A DNA stretch of 53,019 nt from an uncultured Holophagales bacterium. GTDB lineage: Bacteria; Acidobacteriota; Thermoanaerobaculia; UBA5066. The stretch lies in assembly GCA_964453825.1 (NCBI GenBank), contig CAYVPO010000001.1, positions 1-53,019 on the forward strand, in the 5' to 3' direction. Below are positions 41,489 through 49,772 of this stretch, in pieces. The translations under genes and the position numbers were made by a program. Under the pieces are notes generated by a model, which saw nothing but the letters and a program-made list of their open reading frames with translations, made no database searches and had not been told where the DNA came from. Position 1 is the first letter of the stretch, and each line of letters begins with the position of its first letter.

Positions 41489-42385
41489 GTGAACGAGCTT
41501 TACCAGGAGCTGCTGCCGCTCGGTCGGGACGGGGTCGTCCCTGCCGGAGACGAGCTCTGGCAGGAAGGAGCGAAAGGCGACACCGTCGTCCTCCTCGTCG
41601 AGGGGACGTTCGAGGTCCTCCAGTCGTCTCCCTCCGGCGAGCCGATCGTCCTGCGTCTCGCGCGCGCCGGCGACGTCCTCGGCGAGATGGCCTGCCTCGA
41701 CGGCGGGGCCCGCTCGGCCGGGCTCCGGGCCGCGACGGACTGCCGCATCCGGACGATCCCGGCGGCCGAGTTCCGGGACTTCATCCGGCTCCGGCCGCAC
41801 CTCATGGAGGAGCTCTTCCGGATCGAGTCGCAGAGGATCCGGAGCCTCTCCCGGATGGTCTCGCAGAGCCAGCACCGCGCCATCACGGACCGGCTCACCT
41901 CGCTCTACAACTACGGCTTCTTCATCGAACGCCTCGATCTCGAGCTCGAGCGCGCCGTGCAGATGCGCGACGCCGTCAGCGTCGTCCTCTTCGACATCGA
42001 CCATTTCAAGGCCTACAACGACGCGCAGGGGCACCCGGCGGGGAACGTCGTCCTCGTGCAGGTCTCCGACCTCCTGCGAAGGACGGCGCGACGGGGCGAC
42101 ATCGTCGCGCGCTTCGGCGGCGAGGAGTTCGTGATCCTCCTGTACGGCGCCTCGAAGCGCGAGGCGCTTCAGGTGGCCGAGGCCGCCCGCGCCCGCGTCG
42201 AGGCGACGGCGTTCGCAGGGGAGGAGACCCAACCGTTGGGGCGCGTGACGATCAGCGGCGGAGTGGCCTGCTTCCCGTCGGACGCGCGCAGCGCGACCGA
42301 CCTCCTGAAGGCGGCCGACGTCCGGCTTTACAAGGCGAAGGGCGCCGGCCGGAACCGCGTCGAGGCCGGCGGCGACACGCCGTAG
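41489..42385 (+). CDS. Cyclic-nucleotide-binding domain fused to an active-looking GGDEF diguanylate cyclase
   Basis: CNB: GDELWQEGAKGDTVVLLVEG, with the cassette LGEMACLDGGARSAGLRA. GGDEF: DRLTSLYNY, LFDIDHFKAYND, RRGDIVARFGGEEFVILL (RxxD I-site five residues before GGEEF), LYKAKGAGRNR. GTG start, 88 nt from the divergent cyclase start. Confidence 0.88.
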   Translation: MNELYQELLPLGRDGVVPAGDELWQEGAKGDTVVLLVEGTFEVLQSSPSGEPIVLRLARAGDVLGEMACLDGGARSAGLRAATDCRIRTIPAAEFRDFIRLRPHLMEELFRIESQRIRSLSRMVSQSQHRAITDRLTSLYNYGFFIERLDLELERAVQMRDAVSVVLFDIDHFKAYNDAQGHPAGNVVLVQVSDLLRRTARRGDIVARFGGEEFVILLYGASKREALQVAEAARARVEATAFAGEETQPLGRVTISGGVACFPSDARSATDLLKAADVRLYKAKGAGRNRVEAGGDTP

Positions 42386-42439
42386 CGGAGCCGCGGCGCT
42401 CTCCTAACGCACGCGGGACGCGGAGGTTATCCTCCGCCC

Positions 42440-44383
42440 GTGCTCTACCGGCTCGAGCGCGTCCACAAGTCCTTCGGGACGAAGAGCGTCCTCTCGGGCG
42501 CGACCTGGCAGCACGACCCCGGGCGGGTCGTCGGCCTCGTCGGGCGGAACGGGGCCGGGAAGTCGACCCTCCTCCGGATCGTCCAGGGGCAGGTCGAACC
42601 CGACGGGGGGCGGGTCCTCCTCGCGGGCGGAACGACGTTTGCGTCCCTCGAGCAGGCCGTCGAGCCGGAGGGGGACGAGCCGCTCCGGGACTTCGTCGCC
42701 CGGGCGCAGGAGGGGCTGCGCGGGCTCGAAGCGGAGATGCGCCGCCTCGAGGAGGCGATCGCGGCGGCGTCGGCCTCCGGCACCGGCGAGGCGGTCGAGC
42801 CGCTCCTGGTCGAGCACGACGCGATCCGCGAGCGCTTCGAGCGGAACGGCGGCTACGAGGCCGACGCGCGCGTCGAGCGCGTCCTCCTCGGGGTCGGCCT
42901 CCCGCGGGAGACGTGGAGGAGGCCCGTCGGGGAGCTTTCCGGGGGCCAGAAGCACCGGGCGCAGATCGCGCGCCTCCTTCTCGGCGAGGCCTCCGTCCTC
43001 CTCCTCGACGAGCCGACGAACCACCTCGACCTCGCCGGCCTCGAGTTCCTCGAGACGTGGCTCGTCGAGCGGAAGGCCGCGGCCGCGCAGGCGGCCCTCG
43101 TCGTCTCCCACGACCGCCGCTTCCTGAACGCCGTCGCCGACCGGATCGTGGAGGTCGCGAACGGCCTCCTCGAGGAGTACCCGGGCGACTACGAGGCCTA
43201 CCGCAGGCTGAAGGCGGAGCGGGACCGGGTCCGGGCGAAGGCGGCCGAGGAGCAGAGGAAGCTCGTCGAGCGGACGGAAGACTTCATCCGTCGGAACATC
43301 GCGGGGCAGAAGACGAAGCAGGCCCAGGCGAGGCGGAAGATGCTCGCGAAGCTCGAGCGCGTGGAGGCGCCGCGCGAGGACGCGAACGAGGTGACGTTCC
43401 GGTTCGAGGAGGCGCGCGCCTCCGGGGACCGCGTCCTCGAGCTGAAGGGGCTCGTCCCGGGCTACGCCGAGACCGGCCCGCTCCTTTCTCCCGTCTCGTT
43501 CCTTCTCCGGCGCGGGGAGCGGATCGCCCTCTGGGGGCCGAACGGCTGCGGCAAGACGACGCTCCTGAAGACGATCGCGCGCCTTCTCCCGCCGCTCGGA
43601 GGGAGCGCCGTCCCGGGGACCGGGGTGATCGTGGGCTACTACGACCAGGAGATGCGAGACCTCCCCTCCTCGTGGACGGTCCTCGACGTCGTCCGCGAGC
43701 TCGACCCGACGCTCCTCGACGGGGAGGCGCGCGACTTCCTCGCGCTCTTCGACTTCCGGGGCGACGAGGTGGAGCAGCGGGTCGCGACCCTCTCCGGGGG
43801 CGAAAAAGGGCGGCTCTCGCTCGCGCGGATCGTCTTCGGCGGGGCGAACCTCCTCCTCCTCGACGAGCCGACGAACCACCTCGACCTCGACTCGCGCGAG
43901 CGGCTCGAGGAGGCGCTCCTCGACTTCGAGGGGACGATCGTCTTCGTGTCGCACGACCGCTGGTTCGTCGACCGGATCGCGACCCACGTCCTCGAGGTGA
44001 AGGATCGACAGGCGGCGCTCTGGCCGGGGAGCTGGTCCGACCTCGTGAGGCGGCGGGCGGCCGAGAAGGCCGCCGCCGGGGAGACGGTCACGGTCTCGGC
44101 CGGCGTTCCGCCGGAACGTCTCCCGGCCCGGCGACCCGACCGCCAGGCGGAGCGGCAGCGGGCCAAGGCCCGGCGCGAGGTCGAGGCGCTCGAGGAGGAG
44201 GTCGCGCGGCTGGAGGAGCGGGTCCGCGAGATCGACGCGGCGCTCGCCGACCCGGCCGTCTGGAAGGACGGGCCGCGGACCCGCGAGCTGACGATCGCCC
44301 GGGACGACGCGCGGCGGGCGGTCGACGAGAGGTACGCGGCCTGGGAGGGTGCGGTGAAGAAGCTCGAAGAGGTGCCCGCGTGA
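42440..44383 (+). CDS. ABC-F family ATPase (Uup-like, two NBDs plus a C-terminal coiled coil)
   Basis: GRNGAGKSTLL, LSGGQKHRAQIARLL, LLLDEPTNHLD, second GPNGCGKTTLL, LSGGEKGRLSLA, LLLDEPTNHLD. No membrane domain. Charged helical tail. Confidence 0.9.
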   Translation: MLYRLERVHKSFGTKSVLSGATWQHDPGRVVGLVGRNGAGKSTLLRIVQGQVEPDGGRVLLAGGTTFASLEQAVEPEGDEPLRDFVARAQEGLRGLEAEMRRLEEAIAAASASGTGEAVEPLLVEHDAIRERFERNGGYEADARVERVLLGVGLPRETWRRPVGELSGGQKHRAQIARLLLGEASVLLLDEPTNHLDLAGLEFLETWLVERKAAAAQAALVVSHDRRFLNAVADRIVEVANGLLEEYPGDYEAYRRLKAERDRVRAKAAEEQRKLVERTEDFIRRNIAGQKTKQAQARRKMLAKLERVEAPREDANEVTFRFEEARASGDRVLELKGLVPGYAETGPLLSPVSFLLRRGERIALWGPNGCGKTTLLKTIARLLPPLGGSAVPGTGVIVGYYDQEMRDLPSSWTVLDVVRELDPTLLDGEARDFLALFDFRGDEVEQRVATLSGGEKGRLSLARIVFGGANLLLLDEPTNHLDLDSRERLEEALLDFEGTIVFVSHDRWFVDRIATHVLEVKDRQAALWPGSWSDLVRRRAAEKAAAGETVTVSAGVPPERLPARRPDRQAERQRAKARREVEALEEEVARLEERVREIDAALADPAVWKDGPRTRELTIARDDARRAVDERYAAWEGAVKKLEEVPA

Positions 44384-45636
44384 CGGAAACGGCCTCGATC
44401 CTGGCGGTCGGAAGCGAGCTCCTCGGCACGACTCGGCTCGACACGAACTCGCTCTTCCTGACCGGGGAGCTCGAGGCGATCGGCGTGCGCGTCGTCCGCA
44501 AGGCGTGCGTCGTCGACGGGTGGGAGGACCTCCTCGCCGAGCTGCGGTTCGCCCTCGAGCGTTCGCAGCTCCTCGTCGTGACGGGAGGCCTCGGACCGAC
44601 CGAGGACGACCGGTCGAAGGAGGCGGTGGCGCACCTCCTCGGGCGCCGGCTCGTGCGCGACGACGCGATCCTCGAGAGCCTGATGGAGCGGTTCCGGAAG
44701 CGCGGCTTCGAGATGCCCGCGGTGAACGCGAAGCAGGCCGACGTGATCGAGGGGGCGTTCGTCCTCTCGAACAGGCGGGGAACGGCGCCCGGCTACGTCG
44801 TGGAGGACGCGGGACGAACGATCGTCCTCCTGCCGGGCGTCCCCCACGAGATGAAGGCGCTCTTCGTCGAGGCGGTCGTGCCGCGCCTGACGGGCGGGGC
44901 GCCGCGGAAGGGGCTCCACCGTCGCGTGCTGAAAGTGGCCGGCCTCGGTGAAAGCTCGGTCGAGCAGCTCGTGAAGCCGGTCTACGAGGCCCACCGGGAG
45001 CACGACGTCACGATCCTCGCCGCGGCGCCGGGGGAGGTCCAGCTCCACTTCGCCGCGCGCGGCGGCCGCGAGGAGGCGGGGCGGACGCTGGACGCTCTCG
45101 AGGCCGCGTTCCGCGCCGCGCTCGGAGGGGCCCTCTTCGGCCGGGACGACGAGACGCTCGAAGGCGTCGTCGGCCGCCTGCTGCGCGAGGCCGGGCGAAC
45201 GCTCGCCCTCGCCGAGTCGTGCACCGGAGGGATGATCGCCACGCGCCTCACGGACGTCGCGGGGGCGTCGGACGCCTTCCCGGGGGGCGTCGTCGCCTAT
45301 GCGAACGAGGCGAAGGTGGAGCTCCTGGGCGTCTCGCCGGAGTCGATCGCGCGCTTCGGGGCCGTCTCGGAGCAGGTCGCCCGGGAGATGGCCGCGGGAG
45401 CGAGACGCCGCTTCGGCGCCTCGGCGGGGCTCGCGGTCACGGGTGTCGCCGGCCCCGCGGGAGGGACTCCCGAGAAGCCGGTCGGGACGGTCCACCTCGC
45501 GCTCGACGCGGAAGCAGGTAGCCGGCACGAACGGCTGACGCTCGTAGGGGATCGCGCGATGATCCGGCGCTGGACGACCTCGGCGGCGCTCGGGATGGTC
45601 CGGGCCTGGCTGAACGAAGGAGAGGGGACGAAGTGA
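44380..45636 (+). CDS. cinA: CinA: MoCF-like domain plus nicotinamide-nucleotide amidase (PncC) domain
   Basis: ILAVGSELLGTTRLDTNS, VVTGGLGPTEDD, LLPGVPHEM, LALAESCTGGMIA, GGVVAYANEAK, GVAGPAGGT. GTG overlaps the ABC-F stop. Confidence 0.9.
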   Translation: MTETASILAVGSELLGTTRLDTNSLFLTGELEAIGVRVVRKACVVDGWEDLLAELRFALERSQLLVVTGGLGPTEDDRSKEAVAHLLGRRLVRDDAILESLMERFRKRGFEMPAVNAKQADVIEGAFVLSNRRGTAPGYVVEDAGRTIVLLPGVPHEMKALFVEAVVPRLTGGAPRKGLHRRVLKVAGLGESSVEQLVKPVYEAHREHDVTILAAAPGEVQLHFAARGGREEAGRTLDALEAAFRAALGGALFGRDDETLEGVVGRLLREAGRTLALAESCTGGMIATRLTDVAGASDAFPGGVVAYANEAKVELLGVSPESIARFGAVSEQVAREMAAGARRRFGASAGLAVTGVAGPAGGTPEKPVGTVHLALDAEAGSRHERLTLVGDRAMIRRWTTSAALGMVRAWLNEGEGTK

Positions 45637-46634
45637 AGAAGATCGCGATCGTCGGGACGGGTGCCTGGGGAACGGCCCTCGCCATCCATGGTGCGCGGGC
45701 CGGGCTGGCCGTCAGCCTCCTCGGCTATCGCGACGACATCGTCGACGACCTGGCGCGGACGCGCGCCCACCCGGCGCTGCCCGGCGCCGAGCCTCTCCCG
45801 GCCCTCGTCGAGCCGACGATGAGCCCGGATGCCGCCTTCGACGGCGCCGAGGCGGTCCTCTGGTCCGTCTCGGTCCAGTTCACCGCGAGCGAGCTGGAGC
45901 GCCTCGGCCCGTGGCTGCGCCGCGGGCTGCCGCTCGCCTCGACCTCGAAGGGGATCGAGATCGGGACCCACCGCCGGACGAGCCAGATGATGGTCGACGC
46001 GCTCGGGCCGGACGTCCCGATTGCGGTCCTCTCCGGCCCGACGTTCGCGATCGAGGTGGCACGCGGCCTCCCGACCGTCGCGGTCGTCGCCTGCACGGAC
46101 GCGGGCGTCGCCGAGCGGCTCCAGAAGGGCCTCGCCTCGCCGACGTTCCGCCTCTACCGCTCGTCGGACATCGTCGGAGTCGAGATCGCCGGGGCGACGA
46201 AGAACGTCGTCGCGATCGCCGCGGGGATCGTCGACGGGCTGAAGCTCGGGCAGAACACCCGGGCGGCGCTCCTGACGCGGGCGCTCGCGGAGATCCGGAG
46301 GCTCGGGACGCGCCTCGGCGGCCAGCCGGAGACGTTCGCCGGCCTCGCCGGGGTCGGCGACCTGATCCTCACGGCGACGGGGGACCTCTCGCGGAACCGA
46401 CGGGTCGGTCTCGCCCTCGCGTCCGGTCTGAGCGTCGACGAGGCGCTCGCCTCGCTCGGCGGCCAGGTCGCGGAAGGGGTCCCGACGGCGGGTGCCATCG
46501 TGGAGCTGGCCCGGACCGTCGGCGTCGAGATGCCGATCGCCGAGACCGTCATGTCGATCCTCGAGGGGACGACGGCTCCCCGGGAGGCGGTCTCCCGCCT
46601 GATGACGCGCTCGCTCAAGGAGGAGGGGGTCTGA
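45633..46634 (+). CDS. gpsA: NAD(P)H-dependent glycerol-3-phosphate dehydrogenase
   Basis: IAIVGTGAWGTALA, SKGIE, LSGPTFAIEVA, GATKNVVAIAAG, GDLILT...SRNRRVG. GTG overlaps the cinA stop. Confidence 0.92.
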   Translation: MKKIAIVGTGAWGTALAIHGARAGLAVSLLGYRDDIVDDLARTRAHPALPGAEPLPALVEPTMSPDAAFDGAEAVLWSVSVQFTASELERLGPWLRRGLPLASTSKGIEIGTHRRTSQMMVDALGPDVPIAVLSGPTFAIEVARGLPTVAVVACTDAGVAERLQKGLASPTFRLYRSSDIVGVEIAGATKNVVAIAAGIVDGLKLGQNTRAALLTRALAEIRRLGTRLGGQPETFAGLAGVGDLILTATGDLSRNRRVGLALASGLSVDEALASLGGQVAEGVPTAGAIVELARTVGVEMPIAETVMSILEGTTAPREAVSRLMTRSLKEEGV

Positions 46635-46693
46635 CGTACGCCCGGGTCGACCGTCCCGGCGAGGAGCCGCCGGCGGAGCGCGCGTTCCTCGAC

Positions 46694-47599
46694 GTGGCCG
46701 TCCTCGACATGAACCACGGCTTCCCGAACCTCGGGCACGCCTCGGTCGTCGAGCGCCTCGAGCGGATCGGCGGGGAAGAGCGGGAACGGCTCGGGGGAGC
46801 CGCGCCCGAGGTCCGCGTCGTCTCGTACGACGTCCGGCGCGGCCTCGCGGTCCCGTCGAGCGCGGCCCGCTTCCCGCTCGTCGTCGGGACGGGAGGGCCG
46901 GGCGCCCTGGACCCGCGCGAGAACGACGGCGTCTCGCCGCTCGCGCAGGGGATCGCGGAGGACCCGGCCTGGGAGGCGCCGCTCTGGCGCTACTTCGACG
47001 CCCTCCTCGCGCGGGGAGGCAGCGCGCTCTTCGGGATCTGCCACACGTTCGGCCTCCTGGCCCGATGGTCCGGCTTCGGGGAGGCCGTGGCGCGGGGTCC
47101 GGCGAAGGGGAAGAGCTCGGGAGCGGTTCCGAACCGCCTCACGAAGGAGGCCGAGACGCACCCCTGGTTCGGCGGCTATTACCGGACGGGTCCCGACGGG
47201 AGGGTCCGCGTCCTCGACAGCCGGCTCTTCGACATCCTCCCGTCGGGACGCGGGCCGGGCACGATCCTGGCCTGGGAGGCGGACGAAGCCGGCGAACGCG
47301 GCGAGGCGGTGACGATGGTCGAGCTGGACCGTTTCCCGGACGGGTCGCCCCGGATCTGGGCCGTGAACCACCACCCCGAGATCGGCGGGGCGGCGGATCA
47401 GAGAGAACGCTTGCTGCGCCTCGCCTCCGAACGGGAGGTCGGCCCCGGGTGGCTCGAGGAGCGCCTGCGGGCGCTGGACGCCTTCGACGTTTCGGTCGAG
47501 ACCGAAAGGGGCCTCCGTGCGACGAGGGCGTTCACGTTCGAGGAGCCGGTCCGAGCCGTCCTCGCCCGGGCGCTCGCGGAGCGGTCCGCGGCGGCCTGA
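46694..47599 (+). CDS. Class I glutamine amidotransferase-like protein; start codon uncertain
   Basis: Nucleophile elbow LFGICHTFGLL and a His/Glu pair in AVNHHPE. The frame is open from 46631 (CTG overlapping the gpsA stop). The first canonical start is GTG at 46694 (VAVLDMNHG). Confidence 0.65.
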   Translation: MAVLDMNHGFPNLGHASVVERLERIGGEERERLGGAAPEVRVVSYDVRRGLAVPSSAARFPLVVGTGGPGALDPRENDGVSPLAQGIAEDPAWEAPLWRYFDALLARGGSALFGICHTFGLLARWSGFGEAVARGPAKGKSSGAVPNRLTKEAETHPWFGGYYRTGPDGRVRVLDSRLFDILPSGRGPGTILAWEADEAGERGEAVTMVELDRFPDGSPRIWAVNHHPEIGGAADQRERLLRLASEREVGPGWLEERLRALDAFDVSVETERGLRATRAFTFEEPVRAVLARALAERSAAA

Positions 47600-47605
47600 G
47601 CGGGC

Positions 47606-47917
47606 TCAGACGGTGCCGTGGAGGTCGCAGTGGTCGCCGTGGAGGTGATGCAGAGCGCCGTCGACGAGGTAGTCGAGGTGGTCCCCGTGCGGGACGAGCG
47701 GATGCCCGCAGCCGGCGTGGTGCCGGGCAGGGCACTCGACGGGGGCGCAGGCCGCCGGGCGCCCGTGGTCGACGGCGAGGACGTGCTCGGCCACGCCCGA
47801 GTCCGCGGGAGAGTGGAGGTGTCCGTCGTGGAGATAATCGGCGTGGTCGCCATGGCGAATCGCCCGATGTCCGCAGCCCGGCCCGTGCTCGTGGGGATGC
47901 CCGTCCCTGTGGTCCAA
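47606..47917 (-). CDS. Small His/Cys-rich putative metal-binding protein with two copies of a GCGH-x4-HGDH-x-DYL-x-DG-x-LH module
   Basis: TTG start 9 nt after GAGGAGGG, giving 103 aa. Translation MDHRDGHPHEHGPGCGHRAIRHGDHADYLHDGHLH...RHHAGCGHPLVPHGDHLDYLVDGALHHLHGDHCDLHGTV has 22 His and 5 Cys by my count. Divergent from znuA. The longer ORF to 48109 overlaps the znuA start and is Arg/Pro junk. Confidence 0.6.
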   Translation of the reverse strand: MDHRDGHPHEHGPGCGHRAIRHGDHADYLHDGHLHSPADSGVAEHVLAVDHGRPAACAPVECPARHHAGCGHPLVPHGDHLDYLVDGALHHLHGDHCDLHGTV

Positions 47918-47988
47918 GTCCTTTCGCCCTCCTCGGGCGGGAGCATCGGTCCGGGAGCCGGCCGCGGTCAAGCTGGAGCGCAGAGTCG

Positions 47989-49116
47989 ATGAGAGGGTCG
48001 CGCCTTCACCTGGCGCTCTCACTGGCCCTTTCCGCGGCAGCGGCGGGTTGCGCGCCCTCGGCGCCGCGTCCCGCGCCGGGTCCGCGGATCGCGGTCGCCA
48101 CGATCGCACCGCTTGCCGATCTCGTCCGGCGAGTCGCCGGGCCCGAGTGGACCGTGCGAAGCGTGATTCCGCCGGGGACGTCGCCGCACGTCTTCGAGCC
48201 CGAGCCGTCGGACCTTCGGAAGCTCCTGGGGGCGCAGGCGGTCTTCGTGGCGGGGGCGGGCTACGACGACTGGATGCGAAAGGTCCTCTCGGCCTGCGCC
48301 TCGCGCGCGCCGGTCCACGACGCGGCGAAGTCGCTCGGGATCGGACCGGGGCACGTGTGGGAGGAGGGGGCCGGTCGCCATGCTCCGGCAGAGGAGCGCG
48401 ACGCGCACGGAGAGGAGGCGCACGAGAGCGCCGCCGGATCTCACGAGGAGGACGATCACGCGGGACACGATCACGACGCCTCCGGCCACGAGGGCCGCTC
48501 TCACGAGGGCGAAGCCCACGGGCCCGAGCCGGGAGGCGAGCCGGCAGGCGGGGGAGGCGCTCACGACGGGCACGCCCACGGCGTCCTCGGCGAAGACCCG
48601 CACTGGTGGCTCTCGCCCGAGCTGGCGGCCCTCAGCCTCGCCGGAATTGCAGAGGCGTTTGCCGCCATCGACCCGATCCACGCCGAGGCGTACCGGGCGC
48701 GGGCTCGGGAGGCCGCTGCGGAGCTCGCCGAGCTCGATCGGGAGATCGCGGCCCGGCTCGCCCCGGTCCGCGGTCGGCGGTTCGTCTCCGCGCACCGGGC
48801 CTGGGTCTACTTCGCCGACCGCTACGGTCTCGTCGAAGCGGCGTCGATCGAGCCCGTGCCGGGACGGGAGCCCTCGCCTCGCGAGCTGAAGGCGCTCGTC
48901 TCGGAAGGCCGGCGCGGCGGCCTCGGTCGGCTCTTCACCGAGCCGCAGTTCCCGCCGGCGGCCGCGCGGGTCGTGGCGGACGAGGCGGGCCTCGACCTGA
49001 CGCTCGTCGACCCGATCGGAGGAGTCCACGGCCGGGCGACGTATCCTGAGCTGATGCGCTTCAATGCCGACGCGTTCCTCAGGGGGCTCTCCGGCGCGGC
49101 GGAGAGACGGCCGTGA
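47989..49116 (+). CDS. znuA: Zinc ABC transporter substrate-binding lipoprotein (ZnuA/TroA family) with a long His/Asp/Glu-rich loop
   Basis: Signal plus lipobox LSLALSAAAAGC. IAPLADLV, PPGTSPHVFEP, DPHWWLSP, EPQFPP. His-rich loop HAPAEERDAHGEEAHESAAGSHEEDDHAGHDHDASGHEGRSHEGEAHG...AHDGHAHG. Confidence 0.88.
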   Translation: MRGSRLHLALSLALSAAAAGCAPSAPRPAPGPRIAVATIAPLADLVRRVAGPEWTVRSVIPPGTSPHVFEPEPSDLRKLLGAQAVFVAGAGYDDWMRKVLSACASRAPVHDAAKSLGIGPGHVWEEGAGRHAPAEERDAHGEEAHESAAGSHEEDDHAGHDHDASGHEGRSHEGEAHGPEPGGEPAGGGGAHDGHAHGVLGEDPHWWLSPELAALSLAGIAEAFAAIDPIHAEAYRARAREAAAELAELDREIAARLAPVRGRRFVSAHRAWVYFADRYGLVEAASIEPVPGREPSPRELKALVSEGRRGGLGRLFTEPQFPPAAARVVADEAGLDLTLVDPIGGVHGRATYPELMRFNADAFLRGLSGAAERRP

Positions 49117-49772
49117 GCGTCGCCGCCCGGTTCGAGGACGTGACGGTCCGCTTCGGCGGCCGGCCCGCGGTCACGTCCGTCTCCTTCACGATCCCGGCCG
49201 GAAGGCGCACGGCGATGGTCGGCCCGAACGGCGGCGGGAAGACGACCCTCGCGCGCGTTCTCCTCGGGATCCTCGCGCCAGAGTCCGGCCACGTCGCGTT
49301 CCTCGACGACCAGGGACGGGAGCTCCCGCGACCGAGGATCGGCTACCTCCCGCAGCGCTCGACGCTCTCGCCGCAGGCGCCCGTGACGGGCCTCGACCTC
49401 GTCGGCCTCTCCCTCGCGCCCGGCCCCGGCTTCGGGATGTCGGCCGCGGTCGAGGCGGAGGCGCGCCGGGCTCTCGGGAGGGCCGGCCTCGCCGACGACC
49501 TCGCGACGCGTCCGGTCGGCCGCCTCTCGGGCGGCCAGCGGCAGCGCGTCCTCCTCGCGCGCGCGATCGCCGGGACGCCCGCCCTCCTCCTCCTCGACGA
49601 GCCCGACACGGCGCTCGACGCCGAGGGGATGAAGACGCTCCGGAGGCTCGTCGCGGAGGAGGTCGCGGCGGGGCGGACGATCATCTACGTCACGCACGAC
49701 AGCGACGCGATGGGGGGGGCGGACGCCGTCTTCCGGATCGACGGACGCCTCACGGAGGAGACGCGCGCGTGA
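49113..49772 (+). CDS. znuC: Zinc/manganese ABC transporter ATP-binding protein
   Basis: GPNGGGKTTLARVLLG, LSGGQRQRVLLARA, LLLDEPDTALD. GTG overlaps the znuA stop. Confidence 0.88.
   Translation: MSVAARFEDVTVRFGGRPAVTSVSFTIPAGRRTAMVGPNGGGKTTLARVLLGILAPESGHVAFLDDQGRELPRPRIGYLPQRSTLSPQAPVTGLDLVGLSLAPGPGFGMSAAVEAEARRALGRAGLADDLATRPVGRLSGGQRQRVLLARAIAGTPALLLLDEPDTALDAEGMKTLRRLVAEEVAAGRTIIYVTHDSDAMGGADAVFRIDGRLTEETRA

Noticed and set aside
38103-42385. Pycsar/CBASS-type anti-phage cyclic-nucleotide defence system
   Set aside because: The cyclase is embedded in REC/HisKA regulatory domains. The cNMP-binding partners carry GGDEF or TPR domains rather than TIR, transmembrane-pore, nuclease or phospholipase effectors. 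The flanks are housekeeping genes. A pyrimidine cyclase cannot be excluded without biochemistry.
42420-42437. 7-bp hairpin GCGGAGG-TTAT-CCTCCGC just before the ABC-F start, as a translational control element
   Set aside because: It is short and could equally be a weak terminator for the upstream GGDEF gene. The GGAGG lies 13 nt from the GTG, so its role as the RBS is doubtful. There is not enough evidence.
39859-45636. 1925-aa ORF on the + strand, the longest in the window
   Set aside because: Only its last ~418 codons (from GTG 44380, CinA) look like protein. The rest is Arg/Pro/Gly/Asp-rich, runs antisense to the well-supported cyclase gene, and is out of frame with the CNB-GGDEF and ABC-F genes. 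It is a stop-codon-poor artefact of high GC.
47918-47988. Zur-box-like operator in the divergent His-rich protein / znuA intergenic region
   Set aside because: The 71-nt spacer is GC-rich, with no AT-rich palindrome resembling known Zur boxes. Regulation may still exist, but I cannot see a site.
47918-48109. Upstream 64 codons of ORF 47606..48109
   Set aside because: The sequence is Arg/Pro/Ala-rich, overlaps the znuA start and signal peptide on the opposite strand, and lies upstream of a good RBS + TTG at 47917.
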